A model generated the notes under the pieces. That model did no database searches. It had not been told where the DNA came from and was given only the letters and a program-made list of their open reading frames with translations. Of a stretch of DNA of 32,000 nucleotides, positions 27,085-32,000 are shown in pieces. The position numbers and the translations under genes are program-made. Positions within the stretch are counted from its first letter, which is position 1; each line of letters starts with the position of its first letter. The stretch lies in assembly GCA_900234795.1 (NCBI GenBank), contig LT962688.1, positions 2,700,001 to 2,732,000 on the forward strand, written 5' to 3'. The DNA is from Methylorubrum extorquens. GTDB lineage: Bacteria; Pseudomonadota; Alphaproteobacteria; Rhizobiales; Beijerinckiaceae.

Positions 27085-27578
27085 GCAGCCTCTCCTTGAC
27101 CGACGCCGGCACTGCGGGCCTGGGCGTCGAGCACGGCCTCGGTGATGCCGATATAGGCGCCACAACGGCAGAGATTGCCGCTCATCCCTTCGCGCACCCG
27201 CTCGGGATCGTCGCCCGCATGGCCCTCGCGGATCAGCCCGACGGCGCTCATGATCTGCCCCGGCGTGCAGAAGCCGCACTGGAAGCCGTCATGCTCGATG
27301 AAGGCGGCCTGGACCGGGTGAAGCTGCTCGCCCACCGCCAAGCCTTCGATGGTCAGAACCTCGGCCCCGTCCAGGCTCACGGCGAGCGCAAGGCAGGAAT
27401 TGATCCGCCGCCCGTTCAGCAGAACGGTGCAGGCGCCGCATTGGCCCCGGTCGCAGCCCTTCTTCGAGCCGGTGAGGCCGAGCCGTTCACGAAGGAGATC
27501 GAGGAGGGTGACGCGCGGATCGTCGAGTTCGATTGCGCGCGGTTCACCGTTGACGGTCAGCGTCAGACGAAACGTCAT
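27081..27578 (-). CDS. (2Fe-2S)-binding small subunit of the molybdo-oxidoreductase (PaoA/YagT-like, no Tat signal)
   Basis: GCDRGQCGACTV, CGFCTPGQIM and CRCGAY motifs. The protein starts directly at MTFRLTLTVNGEPR with no twin-arginine leader. Confidence 0.93.
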   Translation of the reverse strand: MTFRLTLTVNGEPRAIELDDPRVTLLDLLRERLGLTGSKKGCDRGQCGACTVLLNGRRINSCLALAVSLDGAEVLTIEGLAVGEQLHPVQAAFIEHDGFQCGFCTPGQIMSAVGLIREGHAGDDPERVREGMSGNLCRCGAYIGITEAVLDAQARSAGVGQGEAA

Positions 27579-27731
27579 GCGGAGACGGCTCCCGGGGCTC
27601 GCATCCTGTCTGGAAGCGTTTCAATTAGCCCGGCCGTTACGCGCGACCAGGGGATGCGACGGAACCAACCGTCACGCTCGCCTCAGCAAACTCGATGCCA
27701 CTCATCTTGGGGGGCCACAGCAGCGAGCGGC

Positions 27732-28373
27732 CTAGGCCGGCCTGCCCGGCGCATGGGCGCTCAGGCGGAACAGCGCGGCGATGAGCGGCTGGGCGGAGTC
27801 TGCGACAGCGTGGCCACGGGTCTGGAGCGCGAGGTCCGGTTCAGTCGGTGCCTCGTAGGGGGCCGAGATCCCGGTGAAGTTGGGAATCTTGCCTGCTCGC
27901 GCTTGATCGTAGAGGCCCTTGGGGTCGCGGGCCTCACAGACCGAGAGCGGCGTGTCGATGAACACTTCTAGGAAGGGGATGTCGCCCACGATCGCCCGGG
28001 CGTCGGCACGCTCCGCGCGAAACGGCGAGATCAGGGAGACGATCACGACGAGCCCGGCCTCTGCCATGAGGCGGGCGGCCTCGGCGGCCCGGCGGATGTT
28101 CTCAATCCGGTCGGCCGCGGTGAAGCCGAGATCACGGTTAAGGCCTTGACGCAGGTTGTCGCCATCAAGCACCATGGTGCTCCGGCCCGCTTCCGTCAGC
28201 GCGCGATCGACCGCATCAGCAATGGTCGATTTGCCGGCACCGGACAGACCCGTCATCCACGCGATGGCCGGACGCTGTCCCATTTGCGCCCAACGTCTCT
28301 CACGCGGTTGCAGCGGCTGCCAAGTCAGGGCCTGCCAAGTCGGGTTCGACGGGGGGCCTGCGTATAGCGTCAT
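27732..28373 (-). CDS. cysC: Adenylyl-sulfate (APS) kinase, stand-alone
   Basis: P-loop [26 protein letters not shown] and LISPFRAER. The N-terminus [19 protein letters not shown] aligns with the start of the E. coli CysC N-terminus as I remember it. Confidence 0.92.
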   Translation of the reverse strand: MTLYAGPPSNPTWQALTWQPLQPRERRWAQMGQRPAIAWMTGLSGAGKSTIADAVDRALTEAGRSTMVLDGDNLRQGLNRDLGFTAADRIENIRRAAEAARLMAEAGLVVIVSLISPFRAERADARAIVGDIPFLEVFIDTPLSVCEARDPKGLYDQARAGKIPNFTGISAPYEAPTEPDLALQTRGHAVADSAQPLIAALFRLSAHAPGRPA

Positions 28374-28905
28374 CGTTACTCCAAATCGTCATCTCGAGTG
28401 GTTCCCTCGGTGATGACGAAGCGCCTTTGGCGCTGCTGTTAGCCTGCTAGCTGCGCGCTGTCTTCGTATCGACTTTGGCACCGACGGGATCTGCTGTGCC
28501 ATTCCGGGCAGACGATGCCGCAAGACAGGTGGAGTCGCAAATCACGAAGTTGTCGGCATAACGGACCCGTGGAACGCGCCTTCACGGACTTCGCTGGTGC
28601 CGCTCTCCGCCGAGTCATACGCTTGGGCGGACCTGTATCAGACGTTGCGAATCGGACCCCCGTTCGGTATCGATCGAGCCGGTCGCGTTCGAACAGGGAG
28701 ACGCAGCATGGTTGTCGGCATCGTCTTCCGTCGTGCAGGAATCGCTGTGGCGCCTGCCGGAATCGCTTAGGCGCATTCCCCCGCCGCTCGGCCTGACGGC
28801 CCCCGCGGCTCACGCACCCTCCCCGATCTGACCTCGCCGGACCGCGCGATCCAATCCGCGGCGCCCGCGTCTTTCGGAGCCGACGCTTCGTCGTCGGGCA
28901 CTGCC

Positions 28906-30693
28906 ATGTCCCTGTCTTCTCCCAGGCGCGCGGACGTTGTCCGCCGCGTCCTTGCCTTCGTTGTCCGTGGCTGGCGTCGGCGCCTCGGCCTCGTCTCCGC
29001 CCTCGTGGCCGCGATCACGGTCGCTACTTTGGCCGACGTGATGCTGCCGCTCTATGCCGGGCGCCTCGTCGATGCCCTCGCCGGTGCCGAGCGCCAAGCC
29101 GCCCTGAAGGCCGCACTGCCGGCTTTCGCCATCATGACCGCGCTGAGCCTCGCGACGGTGCTGTTGCGCCATGTCGCTTGGAGCCTCGTGGTGCCGCTGA
29201 CGCTCGGCACGATGTCCGACATCGCGAGCCAGAGCTTCGCCCGCGTCCAGCGCTTCTCGACCGAGTGGCACGCCAACACCTTCTCCGGCTCGACCGTGCG
29301 CAAGATCTCGCGCGGGATGTGGGCTCTCGACGGGCTCAACGACGTTCTGCTGCTCTCGATTCTGCCTTCCGTCGTCGTGCTCTTGGGCACGACCGTGGTG
29401 CTCGGCCTGCACTGGCCGGCGATGGGCGCGGTGATCGGGCTCGGCACGCTCGCCTATGTCGGCACCGCCGTGTTCCTGGCGACGCGGGTGATCGCGCCTG
29501 CGGCGACGCTCTCGAATGCCCTCGACACGCGGCTCGGCGGCGCGCTCAGCGACACGATCGGCAACAACGCGGTGGTGAAGGCGTTCGGCGCCGAGGCACG
29601 GGAGGACGAGCGGCTCGCGCGCGTCTTGTCGAAGTGGCGGCGGCGCACCCGACGCACCTGGATGATCGTAACGTGGAGCGGCACCCTTCAGCTCGGGCTG
29701 CTGCTGGCCTTCCGCAGCGCCATCGTCGCCACGGCCCTGTGGCTGTGGTGGCAGGGTCAGGCGACCCCCGGCGAAGTCGCTTACGTGCTCACCACCTACT
29801 TCGTGGTGCACGGCTATCTCCGCGACATCGGCGGGCACATCAACCACCTGCAACGCTCGGTCAACGAGATGGAGGAACTGGTCGCCCTGGAAGCCGAGCC
29901 CGTGGGCGTCGCCGACCGTCCGGGCGCGGTGCCGCTCGCTGTGAGTGGCGGCGCGATCCGCTTCGACGCGGTGCGCTTCCACTACGGCACCCACGGCACG
30001 CCGCTCTATGACGGGCTGTCGGTCACGATTCCCGCCGGCCAGCGCGTCGGCCTCGTCGGGCGTTCCGGATCGGGCAAGACGACCTTCGTCAAGCTGATCC
30101 AGCGGCTCTACGACGTGAGCGGCGGGCACGTGCTCATCGACGGGCAGGACGTGGCGGGCGCGACGCAGGCGAGCCTGCGGGCGCAGGTCGCCATCGTCCC
30201 GCAGGAGCCGGTGCTGTTCCACCGCTCGCTCGCCGAGAACATCGCCTATGCCCGGCCCGGCGCCTCGCCCGAAGAGATCGAGCGGGCGGCGCGGCTCGCC
30301 AACGCGCACGACTTCATCGCGCGGCTGCCGAAGGGCTACGCCACGCTGGTGGGCGAGCGCGGCGTCAAGCTCTCCGGCGGCGAGCGGCAGCGGGTGGCGC
30401 TGGCCCGCGCCTTCCTCGCGGATGCGCCGATCCTGATCCTGGACGAGGCGACGTCTAGCCTCGATTCGGAATCGGAGGCGCTGGTGCAGGAGGCGATGGA
30501 GCGGCTGATGCGCGGGCGCACCGCGCTCGTCATCGCGCACCGTCTCTCGACGGTGCGCGCCCTCGACCGCATCCTCGTGTTCGACCGGGGCCGCGTCGTC
30601 GAGGACGGGGCGCATGCCGCGCTGATGCGACGCCCGAACGGGGCCTACCGCGCCCTGTTCGAGCGGCAATCGGAACTGGCGGAGAACGCGTGA
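28906..30693 (+). CDS. ABC exporter, fused permease/ATPase (MsbA-like type I exporter), substrate unknown
   Basis: Six predicted TM helices in the N-terminal half. Walker A GRSGSGKTT, signature LSGGERQRVALARA, Walker B ILILDEATSSLD, H-loop IAHRLST. Confidence 0.93.
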   Translation: MSLSSPRRADVVRRVLAFVVRGWRRRLGLVSALVAAITVATLADVMLPLYAGRLVDALAGAERQAALKAALPAFAIMTALSLATVLLRHVAWSLVVPLTLGTMSDIASQSFARVQRFSTEWHANTFSGSTVRKISRGMWALDGLNDVLLLSILPSVVVLLGTTVVLGLHWPAMGAVIGLGTLAYVGTAVFLATRVIAPAATLSNALDTRLGGALSDTIGNNAVVKAFGAEAREDERLARVLSKWRRRTRRTWMIVTWSGTLQLGLLLAFRSAIVATALWLWWQGQATPGEVAYVLTTYFVVHGYLRDIGGHINHLQRSVNEMEELVALEAEPVGVADRPGAVPLAVSGGAIRFDAVRFHYGTHGTPLYDGLSVTIPAGQRVGLVGRSGSGKTTFVKLIQRLYDVSGGHVLIDGQDVAGATQASLRAQVAIVPQEPVLFHRSLAENIAYARPGASPEEIERAARLANAHDFIARLPKGYATLVGERGVKLSGGERQRVALARAFLADAPILILDEATSSLDSESEALVQEAMERLMRGRTALVIAHRLSTVRALDRILVFDRGRVVEDGAHAALMRRPNGAYRALFERQSELAENA

Positions 30694-31028
30694 GGATCCT
30701 GTTCGTCTGCGGCCGGGCGCGCACCCGCAGCCCGACCGCCGAGCAGGTGTTTTCGCGATGGCCCGGCCTGGAGACGGCCTCGGCAGGTGTCTCGGACGAC
30801 GCGGACGAGCCCGTGGAGGCCGATCACCTCGCCTGGGCCGAGATCATCGTGGTGATGGAGCGCGCGCATCGGCGCAAGTTGATGCGCCGCTTCGGGTCGG
30901 CTCTCCGGCATGCCCGGATCGTCTGCCTCGATGTGCGCGATGACTACGCCTTCATGGAGCCGGCCCTGGTGCGCATGCTCGAAGCGCGGGCGGGGCGGCT
31001 CCTGCCGCCTGGAAGCAAGCCCGGTTGA
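30690..31028 (+). CDS. Mini low-molecular-weight phosphotyrosine-phosphatase-like protein (COG4551-like)
   Basis: GTG start overlaps the ABC exporter stop (GTGA). The N-terminal P-loop ILFVCGRARTRS fits C-X5-R-S. A DVRDDY stretch sits where the LMW-PTP acid loop would be. The protein is only 112 aa. Confidence 0.65.
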   Translation: MRILFVCGRARTRSPTAEQVFSRWPGLETASAGVSDDADEPVEADHLAWAEIIVVMERAHRRKLMRRFGSALRHARIVCLDVRDDYAFMEPALVRMLEARAGRLLPPGSKPG

Positions 31029-31194
31029 GTCTCGCTTACCGAATCCGCGCCGCGCTTTCGTCGCCGGAGCGCGAACATGAGGGGCGGAGGCCCAGGGCCT
31101 GGGTCGGTCTCGCGACAGCGTGGACGAGAGCCGATGTTAACAATTTGTTGAGCATAAAGTCTCTACCCTCCTGCCTTCTCAAGGAGCGTCGGGC

Positions 31195-32000
31195 ATGCGC
31201 GAACATCGCAAATCGCGGACGATCGAGCACGCTCACGCCGCGGACTCGGTTGAGCGTACCCTCGCCAAGGCCATCGCCCACCGCACCGCCGGACGTTATG
31301 ACAAAGCCCGCCGCAACCTTCAGCGCGCGCTGGACGCAGCGCCGCATCACGCGGGCGCGCACCACGAACTCGGCCTCCTCACCAGCAAAGCCGACGGACC
31401 CGGACCGGCGGTCCCGCATTTCGTCGCCGCCCTGAGGGCTGAGCCCGAGCAGCCGCGCTATTGGCTCGCTCTGGCTGTGACGCTCCTCGTGCTGAACCGG
31501 CTCGACGAGGCGCGTGCCCTGATGGTGCAATTCCGCAGTCGGGACATCGCCGACGACGCATCGCGCGCGATCCTCAAGGATTTCGCCGACCATGCCTTCG
31601 CGCGGGGACAGGAGCGCTACAGCGCGGGCGACCTCGCCGCCGCGGAGACCCTGGCCGACCTCGTCATCGGCCTGGACGAAACCCATGCCAACGCGACCCA
31701 TCTCGCGGGCGCCATCGCCGCGGGGAAGGGCCGAAACCAGCAGGCGTTCGACCTGTTCAGCATCGCGATCTATCGCGAGCCCGACAACGCGGGCTATTTC
31801 AGCAGCCTCGGTGCCGTCCTGATCGCGATGGGCGACTACACCGGCGCCGTCTCGGCTCTGGAGCGGGCGGTCGCCCTCAACCCCAACCTCGCGATCGCGC
31901 ATTCGAACCTGTCCGGTGTCTATCAGCGCGTCAGCCATCACAGCGCGGCCGTGACCCATGCGCGGCGTGCCGTTGCGCTCGATCCCGGCCTCTCCAACGC
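31195..32000 (+). CDS. Tetratricopeptide-repeat (TPR) protein, 5' partial (runs off the window)
   Basis: AAGGAG lies 8 nt before the ATG at 31195, and the frame stays open to the window end. It is absent from the track, probably because there is no stop in the window. Repeated TPR-like units include GRYDKARRNLQRALDAAPHH, YWLALAVTLLVLNRLDEA and GDYTGAVSALERAVALNPN. The track ORF 31036..31959(-) is its antisense shadow. Confidence 0.75.
   Translation, partial: MREHRKSRTIEHAHAADSVERTLAKAIAHRTAGRYDKARRNLQRALDAAPHHAGAHHELGLLTSKADGPGPAVPHFVAALRAEPEQPRYWLALAVTLLVLNRLDEARALMVQFRSRDIADDASRAILKDFADHAFARGQERYSAGDLAAAETLADLVIGLDETHANATHLAGAIAAGKGRNQQAFDLFSIAIYREPDNAGYFSSLGAVLIAMGDYTGAVSALERAVALNPNLAIAHSNLSGVYQRVSHHSAAVTHARRAVALDPGLSN

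Noticed and set aside
28476-28494. TGGCAC...TGCT resembling a sigma-54 -24/-12 promoter upstream of the ABC exporter. Similar near-matches occur at 21690-21703 and about 7710-7725.
   Set aside because: The GG-to-GC spacing is wrong: 16 nt at the first site and 11 nt at the other two, instead of the required 12. The -12 elements are also poor.
28810-30669. 619 aa minus-strand ORF opposite the ABC exporter, and 29178..30011(+) in another frame.
   Set aside because: Walker A/B, the LSGGERQ signature and the TM helices are present only in the 28906..30693(+) frame.
31036-31959. 307 aa minus-strand ORF at the right end.
   Set aside because: It is antisense to an open plus-strand frame starting at 31195. 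That frame has a good RBS and repeated TPR-like units, whereas the minus translation has no motifs.

Overview
High-GC, densely coding chromosomal window of about 27 genes. Synteny (hflX-hfq-ntrXY-ntrCB-dusB divergent from a fused ispDF) and the intergenic palindromic repeats suggest an alphaproteobacterium of the Rhizobiales, possibly Methylobacterium-like; this is inference only. (1) 1-6.4 kb holds a heavy-metal RND efflux operon: a small Cys/His-rich protein, a periplasmic adaptor with an unusual ~210 aa N-terminal extension, a CusA/CzcA-family pump, a small His-rich periplasmic protein and a DUF305 (CopM-like) protein. No outer-membrane factor or regulator is visible. (2) 6.4-7.25 kb is an ~840 bp AT-rich non-coding gap. 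(3) 7.25-10.2 kb encodes a small secreted protein, a beta-carbonic anhydrase with CAESR instead of the usual CxDxR motif, and a SulP/STAS anion transporter. (4) 10.3-23.7 kb is a conserved core block on the minus strand, interrupted between ntrC and ntrY by one RadD-like SF2 helicase gene whose Walker A reads GAGKA. It is followed on the plus strand by ispDF and cinA/pncC. (5) 23.8-32 kb holds a PaoABC-type three-subunit molybdo-oxidoreductase, an orphan cysC, an ABC exporter translationally coupled to a mini LMW-PTP-like phosphatase, and the start of a TPR protein. I saw no rRNA, intact tRNA, CRISPR array, transposase or integrase. Many long ORFs in the track are antisense shadow ORFs typical of high-GC DNA. 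The candidates most worth follow-up are the atypical metal-efflux operon, the helicase inserted in the ntr cluster, the variant carbonic anhydrase and the cysC/ABC/phosphatase locus. I cannot show that any of them is a new system from sequence alone.
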